Assembly (NCBI GenBank): GCA_963842945.1
Contig: CAWJIM010000006.1
Span: 110,716-174,715, forward strand
Length of the DNA stretch: 64,000 nucleotides
Direction of reading: 5' to 3'
Source: an uncultured Gemmatimonadales bacterium
GTDB taxonomy: Bacteria > Gemmatimonadota > Gemmatimonadetes > Gemmatimonadales > GWC2-71-9
A program made the translations under genes and the position numbers. How positions within the stretch are numbered: the first letter of the stretch is position 1; each line of letters begins with the position of its first letter. Below, piece by piece: positions 35,979-45,517 of the stretch. Under the pieces are notes generated by a model, which was given only the letters and a program-made list of their open reading frames with translations, was not told the origin of the DNA and ran no database searches.

Positions 35979-37277
35979 TCACGTGCCACCACCCCGCCCC
36001 ACCGAGTCCCCCGCCTGTTGGTCCTCCGCCACCTTCTCCACCGAAAACTCGCCCGTTACATCGGCGGACGACACGGTCAGGACCGCGACTGAGGCGGGGG
36101 ATTCGGGCGGCAATGAATCGGCCAGTCCCCAGGCGAACGGCAGAGTAGCCAGTACCAGGAGTCCCGCAATCCAGAACGGCACACCCACCCCGAGGCGATC
36201 CATAAGGATGCCCGCGGCGACAGGGAATAGCACCCGCGAAACCCCACCGAAGGTGTGTTGGACCCCCATGTATAGCCCGCGCTGGTTGCCTGGGACTACC
36301 CGAGACAGGAGCCCGCTGACGCAAGGGAAGAGGAATGCGGTGCCGAGCGGCATCAGAGTAAAGCCGAGGAGGAGAATGCCGCCGTGTTTGGCCAGGCCGG
36401 TGCAGCCGAGGCCCATCGCCAACAAGACGAGCCCCAGCCTGGAGAGCCGCGCCTCACCCAGCAATTCCACCATGCGCCCTAGCAGGAGTGAGCGCACCAC
36501 CACGCCCATGCCGCCCAAGTACATGACGAAGTAGCCGATGTTCCGCTCGGTGACATCCAGCCGGTTCATGAGCAGGAGCGGCACGACCTGGATGGTTCCA
36601 TAGAAGGCTCCGATGCCAATGGTGTAGATCCAGATGAGCCGCGAGGCCGGCTCATACCAGTGGGAGAGTACCCGTCCGATTGCCTGGCGCGGGCTGGTGC
36701 TGGAGGGGGCAGCGTGGGATCCGGCCGGCCGAGGCTGGTACGACTCGACCAGGAAGCGCGCGGCGAAACCCGCGACCAGGAGCGCCAGCGCGGCCGCGCC
36801 GATCCCGGGCGCCGCCCGGCCTCCCACGCTGATCATCACCGACCCGAACGCCGGGCCGGCCACGGCGCCTAGACTGGTCACGGCCGAGAGCCAGCCCAGG
36901 CTCTTGGTCCGCTCCTCCGGGGGTGAGGCATCGGCCACGTACGCCTGCACCACCCCGATCGTGCCGCCACCCAATCCTTGCACCAGCCGGGAGAGGAGCA
37001 GTACCAGCACCGATCCGGCGAAGGCGAAGATGACATAGGCACAGCTGGTGAGCAGCAGCCCCGCGAGTATGGCGGGCCGGCGGCCGTAGCGGTCGGAGAA
37101 GCTGCCCCACACCGGGGCCACAACCAGCTGAGCGACCGAGAAGGCGGAGACCAGCAGTCCCACCACCGTTGCGCTGGCACCCAGCTCGGTGGCATAGAAC
37201 GGCAGCAGGGGGACGATCATGGTGAGCCCCACCATGTCGACGAAGGCGGTCACGAACAGCACAAGCAGTCGCGCCAT
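35979..37277 (-). CDS. MFS transporter, DHA1/TetA-like
   Basis: FVDMVG..PLLPFYA, WGSFSDRYGRRP, QAYVAD. Confidence 0.9.
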   Translation of the reverse strand: MARLLVLFVTAFVDMVGLTMIVPLLPFYATELGASATVVGLLVSAFSVAQLVVAPVWGSFSDRYGRRPAILAGLLLTSCAYVIFAFAGSVLVLLLSRLVQGLGGGTIGVVQAYVADASPPEERTKSLGWLSAVTSLGAVAGPAFGSVMISVGGRAAPGIGAAALALLVAGFAARFLVESYQPRPAGSHAAPSSTSPRQAIGRVLSHWYEPASRLIWIYTIGIGAFYGTIQVVPLLLMNRLDVTERNIGYFVMYLGGMGVVVRSLLLGRMVELLGEARLSRLGLVLLAMGLGCTGLAKHGGILLLGFTLMPLGTAFLFPCVSGLLSRVVPGNQRGLYMGVQHTFGGVSRVLFPVAAGILMDRLGVGVPFWIAGLLVLATLPFAWGLADSLPPESPASVAVLTVSSADVTGEFSVEKVAEDQQAGDSVGRGGGT

Positions 37278-37457
37278 GGTTAGAGCTCCCGAGGCACCAG
37301 CTCCACGCCCCGTTCCCCTTCTGCGATTGCCTCGGGTGCAGCGCGGGCTAGGAGATGGTTGCAGGAACAGCTCAACTCTTTGTCGGCGGTTGGACGGTCG
37401 AACAGCTGCTTGGGCCACCATCTGGCCTCGAGCGGAGGCCGAAGTACCTTAGACTCC

Positions 37458-39381
37458 ATGCCACCAACATACCAAGAAGTCTACGCCCGCTGGCGCGCCG
37501 AGCCCGAGGCCTTCTGGGCCGAGGCGGCGGAGGCGGTCCACTGGTACCGCAAGTGGGACGCGGTGCTGGATCAGCTCCCGCGCTCCCTTCTACCGCTGGT
37601 ATCCCGGCGGCCAGACCAACAGCTGCTACAACGCGCTCGACCGCCACGTCGAGAACGGCCGCGCCGACCAGGTCGCCCTGATCTACGACAGCCCGGTCAC
37701 CTCGACGGTGCGCAGCTTCACCTATCGCGAGCTCAGGGACGAGGTGGCCCGGTTCGCCGGTGTGCTGGCGAAGCGCGGCGTCAACCGGGGCGACCGGGTC
37801 ATCATCTACATGCCTATGGTCCCCGAGACCGTCATCGCGATGCTGGCCTGCGCCCGGATCGGCGCCATCCACTCGGTAGTGTTCGGCGGCTTCGCGTCGC
37901 CCGAGCTGGCCAGCCGGATCACCGATGCTCGACCCAAGGCGATCCTCACCGCCTCCTGCGGGATCGAGATCGACCGGGTGGTGCCGTACAAGCCGCTGCT
38001 CGACCGCGCCATCGAGCTGGCCACGTTCAAGCCTGAGTGCTGCATCGTGCTCCAGCGTCCCCAGTGTATGGCGACGCTCGTCTCGGGACGGGACCACGAC
38101 TGGGCTGACCTCTTGGCTAGGGCGTCGCCCGTGGACTGCGTCCCGCTCCTCGCCACCGATCCGCTCTACATCCTCTATACCTCCGGCACGACGGGAAATC
38201 CCAAGGGCATCGTGCGCGACAACGGCGGCCACCTGGTCGCGCTCACCTGGAGCATGCGCAACATCTATGGCGTGGAGCCGGGCGAGGTGTACTGGGCCGC
38301 GTCCGACCTGGGCTGGACCGTGGGCCACTCGTACATCGTCTACGGCCCGCTGTTCCATGGCAACACGACCATCCTATATGAAGGAAAGCCGGTGGGCACC
38401 CCCGACGCGGGCGCCTTCTGGCGGGTCATCGCGCAGCACGGGGTGCGGGCATTCTTCACCGCGCCGACCGCGTTTCGCGCCATCAAGCGGGACGACCCCA
38501 GGGGCGAGCACGTCCGCCGCTATGACCTGAGTAAGCTCCGCACCCTGTTCCTGGCCGGCGAGCGCTGCGACCCGGCGACGCTGGCGTGGGCGGAGCAGCA
38601 GCTCCACATCCCGGTGATCGATCACTGGTGGCAGACCGAGACCGGCTGGCCGGTCGGCTGCAACTGCGTGGGACTGGGACTGCTGCCGGTGAAGCCGGGG
38701 TCGTGCGCGGTGCCGGTGCCGGGCTACGACGTGCGGGTGCTGACCGACGAGGGCGCCGAGGCGAAGACCGGCGACACCGGCAACGTCGTCATCAAACTGC
38801 CCCTGCCGCCGGGCTGCTCGCCTACCCTGTGGAACAACGACCAGGGCTACCGCGACACCTATCTCAGCGCCTATCCCGGCTACTATCTCACGGCCGACGC
38901 CGGCTTCAAGGACGAGGATGGCTACCTCTGGATCATGAGCCGCACCGACGACGTGATCAACGTCGCCGGGCACCGGCTCTCGACCGGGGCGATGGAGGAG
39001 GTGCTGGCGGCGCATCCGGACGTCGCCGAGTGCGCGGTGGTTGGAGTCAACGACACGCTCAAGGGCGAAGTCCCGCTGGGTCTTGTTGTGCTCAAGGCCG
39101 GAGCTGCGCGGGCACGCGAGGAGCTGGTGAGTGAGCTGGTGGAGCTCGTGCGGCAGAGGATCGGCCCGGTGGCGTCATTCAAGACCGCAACTCAGGTCAA
39201 GCGGCTACCCAAGACGCGCTCAGGGAAGATCGTGCGCGGCACCATCAAGAAGATCGCCGATGGTGTGCCGTATACCATCCCGCCGACCATCGATGATCCC
39301 GCCATCCTCGACGAAATCGCCGCGGATCTCGCGGCGATCGGCTATCCCCAGAGCGCTCGGGCCTTCGCTGAACGGATGTGA
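37458..39381 (+). CDS. prpE: propionyl-CoA synthetase / acyl-CoA ligase, frameshift near 37580
   Basis: ACARIGAIHSVVFGGF, YTSGTTGNPKGIVRDNGGH, DHWWQTETGW, LPKTRSGKI. Confidence 0.85.
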
Positions 39382-39428
39382 ATCGTGACGGTCCCGACCG
39401 GTACGGGTAACCCGATAGGGGGTGTTGC

Positions 39429-40493
39429 ATGAAGACGAATACGATCACCCGTCGCCTTGTGCTGTCCGCGTTGCTCGGCCTTCTCGCCTGCTCCAAGGAC
39501 CGCGATAGCGATCAGCCGGGCTCGGCTCGCAAGCCCGCTCCCTTCGACGCTGGGCCGGTAGCAATCGCCCTGGTCCAGAACAGCGGCGCCGGTGACTACT
39601 TCGAGCAGTGGACCGCCGGCGCTCGGCAGCAGGCGGACGCGGCCGGACTCAGGATGCAGGTCTACGACGCGAAGGCCGACCCTGCCAAACAGGCCAGCGA
39701 CATGAAGGCGGCCATCGAGTCCGGCGTCAAAGGGATTATCGTCGATCACGGTCTGGCCGGCACCATGTGCCCGCTGCTCCAGCAGGCCACCGACGCCGGT
39801 ATCGCCGTCGTGGTCTACGACATCGAGATCACCGAGTGCGCCCCAAAGGCCATCGAGACCGCGCAGGACGACGCCGATCTTGCCACGCTCTTGCTCACGC
39901 AGATGGCCCAGGACCTTGGGGACGGCGTCCCAGTCGGCTATGTCAACGTGCTTGGCATCGCCCCGTTCGACCGGCGCGACGTCGTGTGGAAGAAGTTTGT
40001 GGCCCAGCACAAGTGGGCGCCAAAGTTCTTCGTCGGCAAGTTCACCCACACCGTGGCCACTGACAACGCGCGGCTCGCCGATGCCGCGCTGAAAGCCAAT
40101 CCCCAGGTGAAAGCGATCTTCGCTGCCTACGACGAGCTGGCCAAGGGCGCCGTCTCAGCCATCGATCAGCGTGGCCTTGCAGCCAAGGTGGCGACGTACG
40201 GCATCGACATCTCGAATGCAGACATCGAGCTGATGAGGAAGGAGGACAGCCCCTGGAAGGCGACTGCAACTACCGATCCGAGTGCCGTCGGCGCCGCCGT
40301 CACTCGGACGCTCGCCCTACAAATGGCCGGCCAACTCGGACGCAAGGAGGTCGTTTTTCCCGGCGTCCTCGTCACCCAGTCGTTTCTTCGGGAAAATCAG
40401 ATCAAGAGCATGGGCGACTTGCGGGCCAAGATGCCCCAATTGAATCTCGCAAACGTGAGCTCGGCCGGCTGGCTGCGGTCGGTCACCTTCTGA
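39429..40493 (+). CDS. sugar-type (class I) substrate-binding lipoprotein
   Basis: LLAC lipobox; GIIVDHG, AIFAAYDELAKGA, YGIDIS. Confidence 0.85.
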   Translation: MKTNTITRRLVLSALLGLLACSKDRDSDQPGSARKPAPFDAGPVAIALVQNSGAGDYFEQWTAGARQQADAAGLRMQVYDAKADPAKQASDMKAAIESGVKGIIVDHGLAGTMCPLLQQATDAGIAVVVYDIEITECAPKAIETAQDDADLATLLLTQMAQDLGDGVPVGYVNVLGIAPFDRRDVVWKKFVAQHKWAPKFFVGKFTHTVATDNARLADAALKANPQVKAIFAAYDELAKGAVSAIDQRGLAAKVATYGIDISNADIELMRKEDSPWKATATTDPSAVGAAVTRTLALQMAGQLGRKEVVFPGVLVTQSFLRENQIKSMGDLRAKMPQLNLANVSSAGWLRSVTF

Positions 40494-40661
40494 GCTCCAC
40501 GTCGGCCAAGGCGGCGGCGAATTGCTGCTGCCTCCTGCGGTCCAGTAGCGCCGCTGACGGGAGCAGGAAAGCGAAACGGTGCGAGACCCGTCAGGGCTTC
40601 GCACCGTTTTTTTCTCGGGACCGCCGCGCTGTTATGAGATCGCTGCCCAGGCTCCTCGGCT

Positions 40662-41243
40662 TTAGCTGCCGCCGCCCAATCGAATGCCGATGGTGATCGG
40701 GACGAAGCTTGCGGTCGCGTCATCCAGGGTCTCGGGATCCACGGTGCCACCGAAGATGGCGTTGTATCGGCCCTCGATGAAGGCAGCGAGATTACCGAGA
40801 TCGAAATCGAACCCCAGGCCGGCGTTCACTCCGAAGTCCGTCTCGTCCGAGTCGATGCCCTCCGCATCGTCGCCCACGGCTTTCACGTTGTATGCGCCGA
40901 CACCCCCGATAAGGTAGGGATGGAACTTGCTTTCCTCGGACCTATTGAACATGAACACAGCGTTTGCGGTGCCCTGGATCATCTGCCAGTCAGCGTCCAC
41001 AGCCTCTGCCTCGAAACCGAAGCGGTGGTACGTCCCATCAATCTGAAAACCAATGGGGAAATCGGCCGGCTGGAAGCCGATCGCCGCCCCACCGTGCCAA
41101 CCGGTGCTCGCCACGTCACCGAAGGTGCCGACGGGCACAGTGGCACCACCACCGATGGAAAATCTGAGCTGGGCCCCTGCCGGGGCGGCCAGTGCCATCG
41201 CGAGAAGAACCGCCCCGAGTACGCCAATCCTGAGTCCTCGCAT
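40662..41243 (-). CDS. outer-membrane beta-barrel protein
   Basis: Signal peptide, alternating beta strands, PYLIGGVG, FGVNAGLG, FIEGRY. Confidence 0.85.
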   Translation of the reverse strand: MRGLRIGVLGAVLLAMALAAPAGAQLRFSIGGGATVPVGTFGDVASTGWHGGAAIGFQPADFPIGFQIDGTYHRFGFEAEAVDADWQMIQGTANAVFMFNRSEESKFHPYLIGGVGAYNVKAVGDDAEGIDSDETDFGVNAGLGFDFDLGNLAAFIEGRYNAIFGGTVDPETLDDATASFVPITIGIRLGGGS

Positions 41244-41372
41244 AAACTCTCCTATTGTCGCGTACCGTTGTAAAATGGTGACAGCCTCCATGACCGCCGC
41301 CCCGCAGTCACAGCGTTTGCCTATTGCAGGATGTTCACTTCAACGACCCTCGGGGGCACCCTGCCCCCTCCA

Positions 41373-41524
41373 GCGACCAGCAGGAGCGCGGCAAGTGACA
41401 GCTATCACGCTAGATAGGTCTCATGCCCTCGGCCAAAGACTCAGTTGAAGTGGGAGAACCGACTGCTCCTGGTCGAATGTAGGAAGACGGAGCGGGGCGA
41501 ACACCTTGGACGTTAGTGTAGGTC
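41373..41524 (-). pseudogene. decayed copy of the promoter and 5' end of the DUF1269-like gene
   Basis: Aligns with 11618-11770; identical blocks CCAAAGACTCAGTTGAA and GTTAGTGTAGGTC; RBS mutated and frame closed after 4 codons. Confidence 0.8.
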
Positions 41525-41606
41525 GGGCAAAGAAACGGCCGCGCTTTCTGCGGCCGTTGGCAGGAGCGCCCCGCGGCCACCGAAGCGACCACGGAGCGTA
41601 GGATCG

Positions 41607-42071
41607 TCACTCCTTGTAGAAGCCGACCCCGCAGTTCTGACCTACAACCTGGGTATAGAAGGTATGTTTCTCGAACGGCTTGTCCGAGCCGCCCGGGCGA
41701 GGCCACCAATAGGTAATCTCCTTGATCTTTCCTTCCGCGGCGTTCCCCATGATCTCTTTCCCGAGCGGATACCCCTTCTTGCCTACGATCTCCTGCAGGT
41801 GTTGACCTCTCAAAGAGGGATGCGCGGTGAGAACGCCATCCGAGGCGTTGGCGCAGAACACATAGAGATCACGATCCTTGAACCCGCCTTCGCCTTTATT
41901 GAACATCTCCAGGGCTTTCTCCTTGTTCTCTTTCATTGCGACAACCGCTCTTTCCAGCATTGACCTAGCTTCCTTTTCACCGCCAAAGGCCTGAGCGACC
42001 AGGCTTGAGGTTGGAGTGAGAAGAGCCAGAATCGCGGCCTGTCCAATGGGGAATGCTAGATGGCGCCTCAT
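41607..42071 (-). CDS. stand-alone single Cache domain protein
   Basis: Signal peptide; FKDRDLYVF, AHP, YWWPRPG..K..Y, CGVGFYK. Confidence 0.85.
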   Translation of the reverse strand: MRRHLAFPIGQAAILALLTPTSSLVAQAFGGEKEARSMLERAVVAMKENKEKALEMFNKGEGGFKDRDLYVFCANASDGVLTAHPSLRGQHLQEIVGKKGYPLGKEIMGNAAEGKIKEITYWWPRPGGSDKPFEKHTFYTQVVGQNCGVGFYKE

Positions 42072-42146
42072 GACTTCCTCCCTGGGCCAGCATGAGATAA
42101 AATTTGCGTAGAACTTCTTCATGGATCTGCATTCGGCTGCCAAGGA

Positions 42147-42980
42147 TTGATCCTGGGTGTGTGGCTGTCAATCCCACCGATCGAGACGCCAGGCGATGAG
42201 ATAAATAAGAGCCTCCTTCACGTGCTAGGTCCCGACGAGGAATCGTCCGTGCGGATTCACACTTCCCGGTGGCACGGGTTCACCTTCCATCATCGAAATG
42301 AGCCCGAATTCGAGCTCCTGTCTCGGGAGATCTTTGAGGGAGGGGAATACTGGTTCGCTTCTGATAAGGCCGATCCCACCATCCTGGACTGTGGCAGTCA
42401 TATCGGCCTTTCTGTCGCCTGGTTCAAGCGGCGTTTCCCAAAGGCTCAAATCATCGCGTTCGAGCCTGATCCCGACACCTTTCGGCTCCTGCAGACCAAT
42501 GTCGCTGTCAACGGATTCCAAAATGTAGAGCTGCTGAATGTGGCTGTCTCATCCCGGAGGGGCACGGCTCGCCTGTACGGAGAGTTCGGAGTTGCGGCTC
42601 CCATGGCCTCGGCTCACTCGCTGCGGCAGGAATGGGGCAGCCAGAGGTCCGAACAATCGATCCTCGTGAACACAGTTCCTTTGGCCGACTACATCACGGG
42701 ACCGGTCGACTATCTCAAGCTCGACATCGAGGGAGCGGAGACCGAAGTGATGAAGTCGATCACGCAGCACCTGCACCTCGTCCGAGCAGTTGGTCTCGAG
42801 TTTCATGGGACGGGCAGCCAGGCCGGGGCAGACGAGGAGGATCTCATGCGCCTGCTGCGGGAGAACGGGTTCGAGGTTTCGATCACCCACAAGACGAGAT
42901 CCATTTTCCCGTCAGAGATAGATGCCTGGGTGAAACGGGTCCAACCTTGCGTCTCGGTGATCAAGGCGACCCGCACATGA
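42147..42980 (+). CDS. FkbM-family methyltransferase (start uncertain)
   Basis: ILDCGSHIG, AFEPDP, YLKLDIEGAE, LEFH. Confidence 0.88.
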   Translation: MILGVWLSIPPIETPGDEINKSLLHVLGPDEESSVRIHTSRWHGFTFHHRNEPEFELLSREIFEGGEYWFASDKADPTILDCGSHIGLSVAWFKRRFPKAQIIAFEPDPDTFRLLQTNVAVNGFQNVELLNVAVSSRRGTARLYGEFGVAAPMASAHSLRQEWGSQRSEQSILVNTVPLADYITGPVDYLKLDIEGAETEVMKSITQHLHLVRAVGLEFHGTGSQAGADEEDLMRLLRENGFEVSITHKTRSIFPSEIDAWVKRVQPCVSVIKATRT

Positions 42981-43020
42981 TGGCGGCGAGGCCACTCACA
43001 AAGGAGTACCCAAGGGCAAA

Positions 43021-43042
43021 GGCTCCCGCCATGGCGGGAGCC
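43021..43042. terminator. palindromic terminator between convergent genes
   Basis: GGCTCCCGCCATGGCGGGAGCC. Confidence 0.65.
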
Positions 43043-43053
43043 AGAATGAGGAC

Positions 43054-44646
43054 TTAGAACCTCGACGCCTTGAGGGTCACATCCGCGGTTGCCCACGCTT
43101 TACGGAATCGCTCATCCACAGTTGAGGCCTCGGCAGCCTTGCCTGAGGCTCGCAGCGCCTCTCGAAGTCCGAACAAGGCCCAGCCGTTTTCGGGGAAGCG
43201 CTTCAGATCCTCCCGGTAGGCCGCCTCCGCCTCGGCCGTCCGGCCTGCTCGAAGCAGGACTGCTCCGAGTGAGTGGCGGATCGGATAGTACCAACTCGGC
43301 GGCTCGAAGTAGAGAATGCCGTCCTCGATCTGCTTCGCTTTCTGAAAGTGAGTGATGGATTCGCTCAGCTCGCCCTTCCGCCCGGCGATCTCTCCCCGGA
43401 GTGCATGCATCGCGATGTCGAACACAGGCTTGTTCTCTGCCGGTGCCGCTCCGGCCAGCTTCTCGACTGCATCGAGTTCGGCTTCCGACTCAGACCACTG
43501 CCCGGTTGCCGCAAAGGCCACACCGCGGGCGTAGTGAGCCATAACGCTGGCATACGAGAGATCCGCCGGCGGAAGTGGCTGCTGCAGCACTTCCTTCCAT
43601 CGGCCGAAAGTGACGAGTGTCAAATCCAGAAAGGGGACGAATGACTGCACCATCGGCACCTGACGGGCAACCTGAAGATCCGCCTTGGATAACAGCCCTC
43701 GTGCGGCATCGATGGCCTGCGCACTTCGGCCGGCCATCGTCGCTGCGAACGAAAGGAAGTGGAGATTGTGCGGGAAATAGGCGATGGGGTACACGCCAAC
43801 CGGACGTTGGTCCTGGATATACGACTCGTCGGTATGGACCGCGTGTATGTTGCTTTCGATGGCATCGGCGTAGCGACCAACCCGGATGTAGATGTGCCCC
43901 GGCATGTGCACCATGTGCCCGTCCCCCGGCATCAGATTGGCCAGGCGTTCCGCGCAGGCTACCGCCTTCTGCGGCTGCACGGCCTCGACGGCGTGAATGT
44001 AAAAGTGGCACGCCCCCGGGTGGTTCGGGTTGGTCTGTAGCACCCGCTCCAGCTGGGCAACAATCTCCAGGGTGCCGGGGTATGGCTCGCCCGACGGCTG
44101 CTTCCAGTAATTCCACGGCCGCAGATCCATCAGCGCTTCAGCGTAAAGCGTCGCTGCGTCGAGGTCATCCGGGTACTTTCTGACCAGCTCACCCATGGCT
44201 TTCGCGTAGGCTGAATCCAGCCCTGCACGATTAGTCGGAGGCATTGGTGCGTAGCGCGTCGCCACGGCGCGTATGTAGGCCTGTTCCCTCGGGCTCTCGG
44301 CTGGTTGGGCAAGAGCCTTTTGCACAGCGGCGTACGCGGCGACACTGCTTGCGGAATCCGTGGGGGCGTTGACGTGGGGCCCATAGGCAAGGGCAATTCC
44401 CCAATAACACATCGCACATGCGGGGTCCAGCCGGGCGCTTTCCTTGAAGGCACGGATGGCCTCCGCGTGATTGAAGCCGAACACCAGGCGCAGTCCCTGA
44501 TCGAAGTAAAGCTGAGCCTTGGCGACCCGGGTCGAGATCTCGTGGTGATGCTTGCCGAGGTTCGTGTACAAGGGGACAGAGTCGGCGGGCGCTCGGGTGG
44601 TCGGTAGGGCAAGAAGCGCGAACGTCGCCAGATGCAGCGGATACAT
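43054..44646 (-). CDS. secreted TPR protein with His-rich motifs
   Basis: FDQGL..GFNHAEA, DPACAMCYWG, HPGACHFYIH, HMVHMPGHIY, PENGWALFGL. Confidence 0.88.
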   Translation of the reverse strand: MYPLHLATFALLALPTTRAPADSVPLYTNLGKHHHEISTRVAKAQLYFDQGLRLVFGFNHAEAIRAFKESARLDPACAMCYWGIALAYGPHVNAPTDSASSVAAYAAVQKALAQPAESPREQAYIRAVATRYAPMPPTNRAGLDSAYAKAMGELVRKYPDDLDAATLYAEALMDLRPWNYWKQPSGEPYPGTLEIVAQLERVLQTNPNHPGACHFYIHAVEAVQPQKAVACAERLANLMPGDGHMVHMPGHIYIRVGRYADAIESNIHAVHTDESYIQDQRPVGVYPIAYFPHNLHFLSFAATMAGRSAQAIDAARGLLSKADLQVARQVPMVQSFVPFLDLTLVTFGRWKEVLQQPLPPADLSYASVMAHYARGVAFAATGQWSESEAELDAVEKLAGAAPAENKPVFDIAMHALRGEIAGRKGELSESITHFQKAKQIEDGILYFEPPSWYYPIRHSLGAVLLRAGRTAEAEAAYREDLKRFPENGWALFGLREALRASGKAAEASTVDERFRKAWATADVTLKASRF

Positions 44647-44678
44647 GGTTGGGCTCCAGGGCCGAAGTGAGCTGCTAA

Positions 44679-44698
44679 TGTACCGAACGCTCGGTACA
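44679..44698. promoter_or_regulatory. TetR operator candidate TGTACCGA-N4-TCGGTACA
   Basis: Perfect inverted repeat upstream of the TPR gene; related site at 45347. Confidence 0.75.
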
Positions 44699-44740
44699 AT
44701 GCAAGACCCCTCTCTTTATGGCCACCGCTCCCGCCCCAGC

Positions 44741-45310
44741 TTACCCCTGCCTCGGCGCCAGGAGTTCGGCCGGTAGCTGCTTTAGTGTCCGGCTGAAGAG
44801 CGATACGTCATCCATCGCAGCGCCTAGAACCAGGGCCCCCTGGATCCGCATCACTGCATCCTCCGCCCGAACCCGCGCGAGAGCTCGAGAGAGCCCGCTA
44901 TCGACGAGGACCGTGGCGAGCGCATCGATCCATTCATCGAAGATCGCACGGAGTTGGTTGCGGAAACGAGCCCGGCTTGTGCCCACCACCAAGTTGCCGA
45001 GCACACAGGCCTCGTGCCCGCCTCGGTAGAGGGTGTCCACTGTCCGGACCATGGTGTCGACTCGCCGCTTGGCCGGCCCCGGGGCGCGAAGCGGGGTGAA
45101 GAGGACAGCACGGAGCTGCGACTCGAGGTGCTCGAGGGCCGCCCGCACCATGTCGTCCTTTCCCGCGGGGAAATAATGGTATAGGCTCGACTTGCCCAAG
45201 CCTGTCGCCTTGGATAGCTCGGTGAGCGAGGCGCCGTCGTATCCGTAGCGCCGGACCACGAGCATCAGGCGCTCGACGACCTCTTCGCGGGAAAGGAGGG
45301 CTGCAGGCAT
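44741..45310 (-). CDS. TetR/AcrR-family regulator
   Basis: GYDGASLTELSKATGLGKSSLYHYFPAGK. Confidence 0.93.
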   Translation of the reverse strand: MPAALLSREEVVERLMLVVRRYGYDGASLTELSKATGLGKSSLYHYFPAGKDDMVRAALEHLESQLRAVLFTPLRAPGPAKRRVDTMVRTVDTLYRGGHEACVLGNLVVGTSRARFRNQLRAIFDEWIDALATVLVDSGLSRALARVRAEDAVMRIQGALVLGAAMDDVSLFSRTLKQLPAELLAPRQG

Positions 45311-45346
45311 GAGGGTCCGCCTATACCAATTTGGAGAAGGCTGTAC

Positions 45347-45362
45347 TGTACCGACCGGTACA
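45347..45362. promoter_or_regulatory. TetR operator candidate TGTACCG-AC-CGGTACA
   Basis: Inverted repeat upstream of tetR. Confidence 0.7.
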
Positions 45363-45517
45363 ATGTACGACCCTCCGCGGCGAGGATCAATCCAGCCGAA
45401 GGTGAACCATGCCCCCCTTCAAATACTTCAAGAGTCCGAGGCGTTAAGGCGAGCGACACTTCCTGGCAATCTGCGATCATCCACGACACATTCTAGTCAT
45501 CCCCGCCAGGCCGTGTT

